Positions 50,632 through 63,365 of a stretch of DNA of 64,000 nucleotides are shown here, piece after piece. The stretch covers positions 74,030,001 to 74,094,000 of the forward strand of contig NC_058368.1 in assembly GCF_018350175.1 (NCBI RefSeq). The letters are read 5' to 3'. The first letter of the stretch is position 1, and each line of letters starts with the position of its first letter. The notes beneath the pieces are model-generated. The model saw only the letters and a list, made by a program, of their open reading frames with translations. It was not told the origin of the DNA and did no database searches. The DNA comes from Felis catus (Eukaryota). Position numbers and translations under genes: made by a program.

Positions 50632-52439
50632 TGTTCCTTATGACCAGAGCTGCTCTGCTGAAGAAAGTCAATCACCAGAGACCATTGTGTTCAGTGTCAT
50701 GGGTACAGGTCTTTTGGGGAAGCAGTTTCTACTTTGCACATAAAGCTTTTGTTTGGACTGAAACCCGATTTTAAAGTGTCTCTTGTGTAAATGATGAGCA
50801 CAAGACTCTGGCACTGTCCCCCTGTGTGTTTGATATCCAGACTGATTATCTGATCTTGGATATATTTCAGTGAAATGAGACCGTTAATAGTAGAGGAGAA
50901 GATATTTGTGAAACCGTATAACTGTGATAGCAATTATTATAAAAACAAAAAGCAGTACATAAGTGCCTTATACAGTAATAATTGTAAGACTTAATTTGGA
51001 GTAACGTTTCTTTATTTGCTCAATAAATTCTATTTAATTATGTGCTACAGCATTAAACTTCCAAGGGAAGCTATGCATGGTCTCCACCTGTTTTAAATAC
51101 TTTGTGTCTCAATTACAAACCCGCCCTTGTGAAACATTAGAGTCTCGCAATCCATGTTAAAGCGAATGTTTAACTGGAAAACACATCAGTTAAATTTATC
51201 TTTTAGATTTTATGTAAAACCCGTGCGTGCTGGCACTTTGCATGCCATTAACGGAGACTGGGGTCCTATTCTTTTTTTAAAACTTCATTTTCTTTTTCAG
51301 GACCATGAAATACCAAACTGAACTTGACCCCAAACAGGTTTTCAGTTTTAAACTGGATATGAAAACCACTTAAGAATCGCATGCGAGGCGATTTTACGGA
51401 AAGAGAAGAAACACTGAAAATTTCTGAGTTCTCTCTGAATTGCTTATACCTACATTCAACAATTCGGTGACGCAGCCCTGGATGTACAAAGACTTGAGTA
51501 ATCACTATAGATGTAGAGTGATCGTAACCGCTTTGTATCAATACTGTACTTTCCTCCTTCAAACGCTAGCCTGCATGCCGCACTTAGAACTGTCTCTACC
51601 GCCAACTATAACGTGAAAGGGACAAATGGATCACCGGCTCTCCACAGGTGTGCGCATATTCCTAAACCAGTCACAATTCACAAAGAAATAAAAAGTTGGC
51701 TGGTATTCTGGAACTAGCACACCAAGCTATAGAAGTATAATCATGTATGCAATTTAAACCGTGTCTTAGTTACGGTAGGTGGGGGAGAGGTACTTGAGGG
51801 TAAGCAGGTGCCGTGAAAAGCAAGGGGATGTTCTAGATGGGATCGCTCTGTTTGAAGCCTGGCGTGGAATGGTTGGCATCGGCACTTGTCTGCAGCAAGA
51901 ATGGGCGCAAAGGGCAAGTCTTCTGTGACTCTAAACTAAAAATGGAGTTTTGCTTTGAGAAGGTCCTGTCTGCCAGTGCAGAAATCACATGTTATGCAAT
52001 TTTTATGAGTGCTAATTTATCTCAGATAATTGTACTCTAAAGTTGAAGTGGAGGAAAATGATCATAAAACATTTACTTCTTCAGTTTTTATTTAAAAAAA
52101 AAAATAGAAGGACGATGCCTTGTTTCAGGGACCTACTTTTTAATTCCAGGTCAAAAATATGTAGAAATTCTGATAGCAAATTTAAGTATATTTTTACATT
52201 TATTTTATTAAATACGTGACCGTATGTTGAATATTACTATGTGCCAGGCCTTGGGGGACTCACCAAAAATACGAGGTTGCATAAAACAGTCCTTGTCCTT
52301 GGGAGGCTTGGCTCGGTATGAGGGAGGACAGTAAAAAGAATATTCCAGAAATTAACTAGAAAGTAAACACTTTCTGTCTTCCTCCTCCTCCTCTTTCTCC
52401 CTGTCTCTGCCCTTCATTCAAATTTCGAGTTGTTTTAGA

Positions 52440-52620
52440 GGACAGCATGGAAAGATCACTCTATAGTGTAAAGACTTTGGAGTCCAACTGACCTGGGCTT
52501 GCATACTCTTAATTTCTTCAATCTGGGTAAATTAGTTCATTTCTCTCAGTGCAGTTTCACATCGGTCATGAGGTTGTTGCAAAGATTAGATGAGATCATT
52601 TGGGTGAAGTACCAAGGGCC
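52440..52620 (+). mobile_element. MIR
   Basis: agactttggagtccaactgacctggg; gaggttgttgcaaagattagatgag. Confidence 0.6.
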
Positions 52621-52857
52621 TCAACTAACCCTGTAAACACCCTGCCTTTCACGTTCAGGCCTGAGGCTTCCTTTCCATGAAGGGGGAGAAAGGCGGACAT
52701 GAGAGAGGAGATAGTTCCTAACTCTAGTGAGGACTCTAAAATAATCAATAAAGGCACAAGTGTATATTTTATTGAATTTCCCTTTTCTCACTTTTGTGAA
52801 ACTTTGGTTAGTTTAGTCTTTCTGTGTCTTGCTGTCCTCTTTAACATAAGATGCGTG

Positions 52858-53068
52858 AGGGCACCTGGGTGGCTCAGTCAGTGAAGTGTCTGACTCTTGA
52901 TTTCAGTTCGGGTCATGATCTCATGGTCTTTAGATCAAGCCCCACATTGGGCTCTGTGAAGCCTGCTTAAGATTCTCTCTCTCCCTATCTGCCCCTACCC
53001 CACTCTCATGTGCACTCAGTTTGTCTCTAAGAAATAAAATAAAATAAAATAAAATAAAATAAAATAAA
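52858..53068 (+). mobile_element. Can-SINE with (AAAAT)n tail
   Basis: GGGCACCTGGGTGGCTCAG head; flanking repeat ataagatg. Confidence 0.93.
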
Positions 53069-54042
53069 ATAAGATGATTGAAGTGGATGACTTTGAAAAT
53101 GCTTTTCAAATAATTAAGGAGGGTACAAAGCAGAGAGGGAAAAAGGTGATATTCCAAAAGATTTAAACATTCAAGCAGTGAAATAAAAATACAGCTTTTG
53201 GAGAGATTAGCATTGACTACATCCACGTCCGTCTTCCTGTGCAAAGAACAAGATGCCTGATTTGACACGTATAGGTGTACAAATGGGGCCATCCAGTGGA
53301 GACCATATTAGAAATCAGGACTCTTTAGGAAAATCCAGGGGCAGTATTTCTTCTTACTTCAGTGGATCTGTTACGATGATAGCAAAAGAATATATTGAAA
53401 CTGGCAGGTGGATCATTGCCAGTTGATGTCTAAGAATAAAATGAGGGTGAGGTAAGCTTGTCAGGCTTTCTACTTCTGAATCAAATGGGCTACCAAGAAT
53501 AGTCGATTTTAATTCTCAATGGGACAAAACCCTATGTGTGAGGTATCGTTCCTAGCTTTTGGTAAGATACAACAGCAACCAACAGCAGCAAATATAGGTG
53601 AACCAAAAAAGGTCTATATGATGGATCATTAAGAAGGATACCTGAGCTTGATTAACCATTTGTTTTTTCTGTTCTGGAGCAATAGAGCTTGATATACACG
53701 TTGTTTTTATTGCCATGGAGTAATATGGAATACACTAAGGAATATTTCAATGTAAAGAACCACATTGGCATCTAAATAAAATGAGGTTAAAGAAATTTTG
53801 TGGAGGACTCCCATACAAATACTTATAAATTTAAATGTCACAGACACATTCAAAAACATTGCTTTTCTTCTTCATTGCATAAACATTTCTATCCTGTTCC
53901 TTCCATGATTATTAATTTCTTATCCTATCACAAAACAGTTGTGTGGCCTCTAAGCACAAATAAACTCCAGGGACATTTTATATTATGTATTCTTAATAGT
54001 TACTTTATGTAAAATAAGTTTAAGAATATGAAAATTATGTAT

Positions 54043-54240
54043 GGGGTGCCTGGGTGGCTCAGTTTGTTGATCATTCGACTCTTGATTTGGGCTCAGGTCA
54101 TGATCCCAGGGTCATGGGATCGAGCCCCACATTGGGCTCTGTGTTGAGCATGCAGCCTACTTAAGATTCTCTCTCTCTTCCTCTACCACTCTCCCCTATT
54201 TGCATGCTCGCTCTCTCTCTCAAACATAAAAAATAAAATA
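54043..54240 (+). mobile_element. Can-SINE (older type)
   Basis: GGGGTGCCTGGGTGGCTCAG head; TSD aaaattat(g/t)tat. Confidence 0.94.
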
Positions 54241-54419
54241 AAATTATTTATTGTATTTAAGATAAATTCATTTTGTTGAGCAAAAGAGACTCGGATTTTT
54301 TAACTTCTCACTAAAATATTTCTCAATTCATGATTAATAGCTATAGTATCAGGGAAATTCCAGTGAAATATAGACACATCTATGCCAAGGTAGACAGAGA
54401 AATAGGTTAGGTATTATTC

Positions 54420-54800
54420 AGCTGATTGATTCCTATTGTGAACTAGACATTGGAAGAGCAGGGATACTATGGCAGAGGTCTTGATTTCAAATAGACACAA
54501 TTTGTTGGGGGAAGCAGGTCAGGACTAATATGATAGTGATAATCACAAGGCATTGGGGTGCACGCATGAGGGACCCTGATTTTTGTGGAAGGACAGGGAA
54601 GATTTCTGGGAGGGCATAGCAGATGGACTTTATCTTCTAAGATGAGAGGTTTATAGAAGAGAACGGCACTTTTGGCAGAGGAAGCAGAGTATGAAAAGAC
54701 ACAGAGAAAGGGCATGGAACATTTGGAGATCCATGAATAGTTTGTTGGTCCAAAGAAAGAATTACAAGCTGGAGATTGGTAAGAGCTAAGGCTTGTGTAA
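54420..54800 (-). mobile_element. L2 fragment (continues about 57190-57420 after the L1)
   Basis: cagggaagatttctgggagg; ggcagaggaagcagagtatgaaaagacacagag. Confidence 0.55.
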
Positions 54801-54807
54801 ATAGGAT

Positions 54808-57180
54808 GACATCAATATTTGTCACTGATGAAGTAACAGGGACTGAATTTATCCTCCCACATGAAACAACTAAACAACAGGGAAAATACATGAAACAGCA
54901 ATTTTTATACAATGCATATTAGGTGGTACCTGGCAGTGAACCCAGAGAGATGAGACAAGGTGATCCTACAACTGGTTTGCCTCCTTCTGGGAGGGTTTCC
55001 AGGCCACAGCACAATAGGGGGAATTCAGATGGAGACCAATATTTTTGCCAAGTTGAGAAGATAGGTCTGAGAGTTCAGAGAGGCCAATGTGGTCATCCAC
55101 ATACATACAAAAAAAAAAAAAAAAAAAAGGAAAAGAAAGGAAAATATTTAAAACAATTCAAGATTCATTCCAAATAAAAACTCTCAGGATGTCGGGAAGA
55201 GAGTGATAAGGGGTATCCATAAAAATGTGCAGCTACCATCATATCTGATGGTGAAAGACTTGAACTCTCATCCTCAGTCTGGGAATAAAGCAAGGATATA
55301 CACACTCATTACCTCTATTGGTAGTGTACTGGTGGTTATAACCAGTGCAGTAAGGCAAGGAAAAGGAATAAAATGCATCAAAAGCATAAAGACAAAAATC
55401 AAACTGCCATTATTCACAGGTGATGTGATTGTCTAGATGGAATGTTCTACAGAACTGTGTTCATGGACCATAGGACACAGCATTATAAGAAGTCTGTGCT
55501 CCCCCAAATGTTCATAGAGTCAATGCAATCCCAGTCAAAATCGTAGTAGACTTGTTGTAGAAATTAACCAGCTGATGCTGAAATTAAGACAGAAATACAA
55601 AGGACCTAGAATAACCAAAATATATTTAAATAAGACAATTAAAGTGGGAGATCACGTACTCTCTGGTGTGAAGGTTTATAGATAGCTACAGTAATTAAGA
55701 TACTATTGTTTTGGAGTAGATTTTAGCAAAAAAAAAAAATTCAGTGCAATACAATGGAGTCTGGAAGCCCCACAAATACACGGTCAATGGATTTTTTGAC
55801 AAAGGTACCAAGGTAATTCAATAAGAAATCGTAATCTTTTCAATACTGATGGAGGGATGATTTGATAGCCACACACACAAAATAAACAATGAATCTAACC
55901 TCACAATGAATTCAAAACTTCAGCTGAAATGGATCATACCTAAATTTAAAAGCTAAAACTATAAAACTGTAAAAACACAGGAGAAAAGCCTTATTGACTT
56001 TCAGGTTGAGAAAAAAATTTCTTAGAACACAGATAGCACAAAATGTAAGAAAGAAAATTCAGCAATTGAACTTTTTCAAGAGTAAAATTTTTTACTCCTC
56101 AAAAGACATTGTTCCAAAAATTAAAAAAAAAATAGAGATGGAGAGAAAATATTTGTAAAATACGTTTGATGAAGGATTGATATCAAAAACCCTTACAAGT
56201 GAGCTATAGATAGATAACCAAATTTTTTAAATGGGCAAAAGTTTTGAGGCAACACTTTGCTAACATAGATACACAGATTACAAATAAGCCCATGAAATGA
56301 TGTCCAATAGTGTTACTTATTAAAGAAATTCCAGTTAAAGCCACAATAAGATACCACTTGGATATCTGCCTGGAATGGCTAAATATAAAAAATAAAATAA
56401 AATAAAAAAAGGACTCATCATCCCAAGTATTGGTGAGAATGTAGAGCAACTGTGCTCAGACAGGTATTTTGGAAAACAGTTTGATTCTGTCTTAAAAATG
56501 AAATATACATCTATGATATGTGTTAGCCATTCTACTCCCTGGCTGTTTACTCAAGAGAAACGACAGCGTGTGTTCATTCAAAGACTTGTACATGATTGCT
56601 CATGGTACTCTGTTCATGATAACCTTAAACTGAAAACAAAATCTGTGTCTACCAGTGAATGGTTAAACAGATCAATCTATCCAGTGGATTCTTACTCAAC
56701 AACATAAAGGAACAACTATTGATAGACCCAACCATGTGGAGGAATCTCAAAATTATTATGCTTCATGAAAGAAGCCCCCCAAAATACACACTTCGATGGG
56801 TGGTGGGAGGGAGGGGAGAGTGGGCGATGGGCATTGAGGAGGGCACCTGTTGGGATGAGCAGTGGGTGTTGTATGGAAACCAATTTGACAATAAATTTCA
56901 TATTATAAATAAATAAATGAATAAATAAATAAATAAATAGAAAAAACACACTTTGTGGGTTTTTGTTTGTTTGTTTATGTAAAATTGTAGAAACTGCAAA
57001 CTAATTTGTAGTGTTGCATTACTAACAGCTACCTAGAGATCAGGAGTTGTGCACCTGTTTAGTATCTTGGTTATGTTGATAATTTTACACGTGCATGCAT
57101 ATGTCTACTCTTACCAGTTTCTATACCTCACGTATGTGCCTCTTATTCAAGCATGAAAACTAAAACAAAACAAAACAAAG
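54808..57180 (+). mobile_element. Old L1 (L1MC-like): 5' UTR joined to the ORF2 3' half and 3' UTR
   Basis: gatgaagtaacagggactgaatttatcctccc 5' end; peptide KIKLPLFTGDVIV (degenerate KLSLFADDMI); A-rich tail. Confidence 0.82.
56794..56940 (+). mobile_element. Felid-type L1 extreme 3' end nested in the older L1
   Basis: gggcattgaggagggcacctgttgggatgagca...caatttgacaataaatttcat, (TAAA)n tail; TSD aaaa(t)acacactt. Confidence 0.9.
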
Positions 57181-57740
57181 CAAGACAGGAAAAATGTTTA
57201 CTTTTGCCCTTAATGTTAAAGGAGCTTATCGTAGGATTACAGGAAGAAAATCACTCTGTCAGATTTGCATCTGGTATGGGTCTCTTTGGACACAAAAAGG
57301 AGAGGGAATTGAAGCACACTAGCAAATAGGGGATTAAAATGTTCATTCAGTAATCCAGGCAAGAAATAATACGATGCAAGCTACGGGAAAAACAGTGGAA
57401 TGGACAGTGACCAGCACATTTTTCAGGGCTGGGAGGAAACCCAGAATCTCAGTTATCAACTTTGTGGCTCATGAAATATTACTTCTTTGGTAATGTTTTT
57501 TTTTCAGAAAAAAAAAAAACAACAAGGCAATAAAATCTGAGTATTAACTAAATGATACTATTGAATATGAATAGCAGGTAATTCTGAGTATTAAACAGAA
57601 TAATATACATGGATGTAGACAGTCAGTGGTAACATGGACTGTGGTATATTTCGCTTTGAGTGTCTTACGACCACGTCACCCCATTTAAGGCCTTGTTTGA
57701 TGTCTTTCTATATTTAGGTAGGATTAAATGGATGCCAGTA

Positions 57741-57905
57741 TTGTTGTTTAATGGGTACAGAGTTTCCGTGTTGCAAGATGAAAAGTTCCGGAGATTGGCT
57801 GCACAATAATTTTAACGTGCTTAACATTATTAAACTGTATACCTAAAAATGGTTGAATAGTACATTTGATGTGTCATGTATTTTACCACAATTAAAAATA
57901 TCTTA
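57741..57905 (+). mobile_element. L1MB-like 3' end fragment
   Basis: tttaatgggtacagagtttc...aaaatggtt...ttttaccacaatt; degenerate TSD aaatggatgccagta / aaaaggatgtcaata. Confidence 0.85.
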
Positions 57906-58394
57906 AAAAGGATGTCAATATAGAACACAAAAGTTCTTAAAAATTAGCATAGTATTAGAAGTTCACACAGTACTACGGAGACCCTGTTCATAGCTGAAGT
58001 TGGTGTGTGATGAGATTCCCTCCCAGGGAGGCGCATGACCTGTCAATCATAAGCAAGATGGCTCCCGTCGAACTGGCTTTTTGGCCCACACACCCATATG
58101 GAAAACCCTTCACTGTATTTTTCTTTTTTGTTAAGTTAACTGGGCCAATATAGCCTTGAACTCAGCAAACTGTGGATACTGTCCAATTACTCTCCTAGCC
58201 AAAACTCAAGTTAAGGATTTTAAGGGAAAATTGAACCATGCATGTCTTACAGCGCCGGAGAAAATAAATCTAGAAAGAGCAAGAGGGAAGCACAGATTGA
58301 ACATCTGTGGCAAATTGGTGTAAAAAAAGATTGCCTACATTGCCCACACCTCCACCTTCCAGGCTAGGCCAAAGTCACACCCAGAGAGAAGTGA

Positions 58395-58525
58395 GATTTG
58401 CTAGTGCTTAGAGCTTTACATACACTCCACTCTCCCTCTGGAGGTAGATTTCATTATTCACATTTTACAACTAAAGAAATTGAGATTACAAATTTGCTCA
58501 AGACTACACAACTAGGAATTTGCAG
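58395..58525 (-). mobile_element. MIR fragment
   Basis: cacattttacaactaaagaaattgag...ttgctcaagactacaca. Confidence 0.5.
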
Positions 58526-59659
58526 AATACATATGCAAATCATAATCTTTTTTATAATAAAAAAGATGTGTATAAATTTTGATAAATGTATATAAGAAAA
58601 AAATACAATATGTAAGGATATACATCTAGTAACCAAAGAACATAATTCTGTTGTTTATTTCATTTGTCTATAAAATTAAAATAAAATTCCAGGGGTAATA
58701 TTTAACTGGGCCCCAATTCTGTCATCAAATATTGTTAAAAATATTGGCATGTGTTTTTTTATAGCTTTATTCAAGTCTGATAAAAATTATTGAAATGTTT
58801 CATTCAATCGTTTATTATAGTTTCCATTTCCTAAGAACTGTGCCACTTGGTGAAAATAAATACATGGAATAGATTTTCCCTATTTAAAATGTTTGCAATT
58901 CCCCATACAGTCCACACAGATTTCTTTTTATTTTCATGTAAAAGTTGTTGTAAATTACATTTAATAAAAATATACTGTGGCATGGGATTTAAAAATGTGT
59001 TTTTACAAAAGCACTAAGGCTGTAAGTTCTGTGTATTATAGTCTAGACTTTTTTATGCACAAGACTTATTCATAAGCAAATCCCACCTAAATTACTATAT
59101 ACATTTTAGTCTCAAAGACACATTTGGAGTAGATATCTTTACGAACTAAAGCAGTAGGATCTAAGGATCCGATGTAACGTGTTTAACACTATTTAAAATG
59201 TAATGATTACCATAATAAAGACATCATTACAGAATGATAATCCAAACGGTAATTAACATTTCTATTTTGTTGCTTCAAGGTCAACATGGTGGCAGAACAG
59301 CCCCTTTCTTCCTTTGCCTTGTGACATTCCATTTCACTATGCTAAACATTGATTGCATGGATTGATATGGCTTTTGGCCTCTCTCTCTGAGCTGGTTCTG
59401 AATCTTGGGGGTTAGAGGCAGGAAAATTAATGAGTCCACCACTCTGCCTCATTCTCCGCTTCCCTCTTTAAATGGTAATTATAGTGACACCATTCATGCT
59501 ATTATGGTTAAGCATTTCCATTAGAAAACCGGTCCTTCTTCTGAGGTTAATACTTTACCTATCAAAACAATCTATGAATTGAGATTAGACAGAAAAACAT
59601 AAAAACCAATAACACTGAAATAGTAAGCTTAAGAACAAAACTGAGAAAAAGAGTGAACA

Positions 59660-59748
59660 CAGGGCTGTTGTGGCATGTAGTACAAGTCGTGCACTGAACA
59701 ATTCCAGGGAATGCCATTCACACAGAGCTGTGCATCGGCACCTCTAGG
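59660..59748. mobile_element. MER91-like hAT MITE fragment
   Basis: cagggctg start; tgcactgaacaattccagggaatgccattcac motif. Confidence 0.5.
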
Positions 59749-60307
59749 TTCCAAATGTGGTTAAGAAACGTTAAGTAGTGGAGGAAAGAAACTACAGCTA
59801 TAACAGGCTAAAAGTTAACCTGTGAATAAGTACTCTGGAAATATTGCATTAAAATTAGAGATGGCAGGCAGTCTTAGAGAAAATGTATCTAAGGTGCTAT
59901 GTGCTGAGTGTGACAGATGCAGCTGGGATGGAAGCTACTGAAGGTGATATTATGGGAGCTAATGACTAAAGGAAAGACCACATTGCATCGGATGGGAATG
60001 AGAGTTCACAAAAGAGTTCTTTCTCCCCCTTGGCTTCGGTTCCTATATTTGTAAGGACGGAGTAGCGATCTCCTTTGTAGCTGTGCCTGGGCAGCTGGCA
60101 AGGTGCAATTGCTCTGAACTGTTGGAATTAACTAGATGTGTTTATTTAGAGATTAGTTCTTCTATCATGACAGATGGTCCACCAAATATGGTGTGGTCTT
60201 TTTTTTTTTTTTTTTTAGAGCGTACTTTCTAGTTTTTATTGAGGCCATGATACCAGGTGCTCTGAAATTCCTCACTGTAGTAGTAGTAGCAAATTCATTT
60301 TAAACTC

Positions 60308-60341
60308 TTTTCTTTCTTTCCTTTTCTTTTTTTCTCTTTCT

Positions 60342-60389
<48 letters not shown>

Positions 60390-60390
60390 T
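60308..60390. repeat. (TTTC)n microsatellite
   Basis: Directly visible. Confidence 0.97.
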
Positions 60391-61279
60391 GTAATTGGAA
60401 GCAATTTCATTGAACCATGGTATGGAGGTCAGGATAAGGAGGCTCTATCAAATGCAAAGAAGAACATCTCACAGACCACTCTTCTCTTCTACTACATTGT
60501 TTTAGGCTCTCATCTAGCCATCCTTGGGGGTTTATTTATTGAGTTCTCCACTGCAAATGTAAGTAAGTTTCCATTTGTTTTGGAGCTGACAGGAGTTCGG
60601 CCCCTGCAGGGGAAAGAGAAGGTCTAGGGCATGGAGAGTCATGCTGGGGTCCTAGGAAAACGAAGAGCTTGGTTTCCTGGACCAGATAAGTGCACATTCC
60701 AGCTCGACAGCGGTCCCAGGAGAGAACACCTGAGCCCCTGTAGAAGTGTTTTACTCTCCGAAATGCCTGGGGCCGAAGCCCCCCCACAGGAATGACCACA
60801 GACAAAGGATGAAAATCATGGCTCTTTTATACTTTAGACCTTGAGGTCCTGAAGGGAGGGCTGTGTCCCTGCCTTCTTTCTACTGCACATCTGGGGATTT
60901 TCCTGGCATCGGGAGCCCATTGCAGCAGTATTTCTAGAATGAATGAATACATCGTCGCCTTTCCACATAGACTCTGTCATTTGATTCTGGTAACAGAGTC
61001 CTGTGTAGTGCCAAGAAGACCGACAGATGCATTCAAGATAATGTTTGTGACGTCAAGGGCTCAGAGTCTAGTGAGCATCTAAGAGCTGTCACTAAGCCAA
61101 AGCGCATAAAGTATGTGGGATCAGAAAGGTCAATGCATCTACCTCAGTGGGGGTGTGAGGGTGTCAGGGAAGGACTGATTAATATCTGTGTGCTCCCCCT
61201 GGGGTCTTGAAAGGTAAGCAAACACTCTTTAGACACTCACATGAATGGAGTTTATACAAGGAAAAGGCTCTCTCTGTCA

Positions 61280-61415
61280 GTGCATACCTGGAGGTCTCAT
61301 TGAAACACGGATTCTGATTCAGCAGGTGCACAGTGGGGTGTGAGACTTTGCATTTCTTATGTGTCCTGGGTGATGCTGACCCTGCGGGTCCAGGGACAGC
61401 CCTTTGAGTATCAAG
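61280..61415. mobile_element. MER5A-like hAT MITE
   Basis: gattctgattcagcaggtg...ggggtgtgagactttgcatttct...ggtgatgctga. Confidence 0.75.
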
Positions 61416-61469
61416 ACTCTGGGAAAAAGTCACAGTTAGAGAAATAGAAATAATCTATTATATCCAGAG

Positions 61470-61710
61470 CACGGTCTCCAACATGGTGGGCCTGTGCACC
61501 AGAGAACATTCAGGATGGGAGAAGGCAGTAAATATTAGAGCTTCTTTTATTTTCGTGTCCGCTTCTGAAAATGTCTATCTTTGTTTATGTTTAACATACA
61601 TGGTATATGAAAACATTAATGTATGTACAAGACATACAAACGTCTAAATACATGTTCGTTCGAGGACAGGCTCAGGTTTTTAGTAATAGAGGTTAGCGTA
61701 GAAAGAACAA
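61470..61710. mobile_element. MER113-like hAT relic
   Basis: aaatattagagcttcttttattt motif and AT-rich interior. Confidence 0.4.
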
Positions 61711-61744
61711 AATGATGGGTTAGGCAGGAGAAGGTGAGGCATGA

Positions 61745-61860
61745 GCTCATCTCATTTTTCAGATGAAGACACTGAGGCTCTGAGATGTCAAGTCATTTGC
61801 CCAGGTTCGCAAAGCTGAGCCCCGAATGCAGGCCTTCTGACTCCTAGTCCAGTGCTCTAC
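61745..61860 (-). mobile_element. MIR
   Basis: atttttcagatgaagacactgaggctc...aagtcatttgcccagg. Confidence 0.7.
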
Positions 61861-61917
61861 CCTGGCCTCTGACCCTCGGGGCGCTTAGCTCGGAGAACAG
61901 AGCCATAAAATAAGTTA

Positions 61918-62510
61918 GGGCACCAGGGGGAGCTTCCCCTACAAATGCACTTTCTTTCTGACCTCAAATAAAACACAAGCAGAAGAGGAAAGTTGCAAGA
62001 GCCAGATTGTCTTACATAAGCATCTCATTTGAGATAAAACCTTCCTCGCTGGTGCCGTTAATCACCTTACCTCTTCCCTTCCCCTAGGAATCCCTGGTGA
62101 CAGAGCAAGTGCAAGCTGTTTTGTGTCTGTGTTGCAGCTAGCTCAGGATCAATTAGTACTTCTCACAGAGCTGTCGTGCAGAGATACAGCAGGGGACGTG
62201 GACAAAGTCAACTGTTGCGAGGCCACGGTGCACAGTTGAGTTGCCTACAACCTGTGGGGACACCAAAATGGCGGTCACAGCTAATGGTGTCAGCCTGAGC
62301 TTTTTATTGTAACAGAAGAATGAAGCCATGACCTGGTGGGGGTCGGGGGAGGTCGACTATTAGCCCGGAAGTGCTGGTTTTGTTAGCTCTCTTGCAAATG
62401 AATGGGCGACTCCCAGAGTGACACTGCAAGGCCTTCAGCAGCCCACCTCCTCCAGGGCTGTGGGGGAAGATCCAGGAAGCAGGCCCTGCAGACGTCCCGG
62501 GATTTCCGCT
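61918..62510. promoter_or_regulatory. Candidate promoter/enhancer (CTCF-like, YY1, ETS, NF-kB motifs)
   Basis: GCACCAGGGGGAGC 61920-33; CAAAATGGCGG 62264-74; CCGGAAGTG 62365-73; GGGATTTCC 62499-507; motif evidence only. Confidence 0.3.
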
Positions 62511-63365
62511 CAGTGTAATGCAAAGAAAAAGTACAGGCAACATTGAAAGACAATGAAAAAGTCTACTTGGGATGTGCTTGGCTCTGGCCTTGGCCTCTCT
62601 CCTCCCCAGCACTTGCTCCTTTGTTACTTTTGTTGCCCCTGTGGCCCTGCCGGGGGGGCCATGTGTTGATGTGGCATTGCCAACTCAGGACTTCTCAGAG
62701 GCTAGACTCTCCCGGGCCCCTTACCGGTTTGCATGTTGAGTTGTTCTCGAATACTTCATGCCGTGATTACAGACCAGACCTAAGGAGCTTATTTCTATTG
62801 ACTGATGGGTGACTCAGTCATTCTTTTATTCACCCAGCTATTCACTGGTTCCCTTCAGCAAGGAAGCCTTACCTAACGCCTACTCAGTGCTTGTCACTTT
62901 GGGAGATGTAGAAGAAAGGAAATAAACACCACCCTCCCCATCCAGAGCCACCCGTAGATGGGGGCAGCTTGTCACTGTCTGAGGGGGCACATGCTGGCCT
63001 GGGGCGGGGGGGAACCAATAATGCAGAACTGATTTCTAGTTCCAGGCCCTGTAATCTGATAGCAGTGGGAGCTGGTACCCGGTAGGCTTAGCTATCTTGG
63101 GAGACACTGACAAACACAATAATGGAGGGGAGGAAAGTACTGGGTCAGCTCTATCCACTCTATCGATTATTTATTGACTATCTATCTATAATCATCTATG
63201 TATCTATCATACCTTTGTATGGATATACATATATACACATAGACACAGACAAATATATGAATCTATACATACATATGTGTATATATACCTACATTTTAAA
63301 TTTTTTCATGAAAACTATCCAGAGATATTAATTTCTATTGACTGATGGGTGAAATTAATATTTCT

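Noticed and set aside
51270..51562. Strong acceptor at 51300 followed by ACCATG, and a 98-aa minus-strand ORF
   Set aside because: The plus frame stops after 22 codons with no good donor; the minus ORF lacks an ATG start and any homology I recognise.
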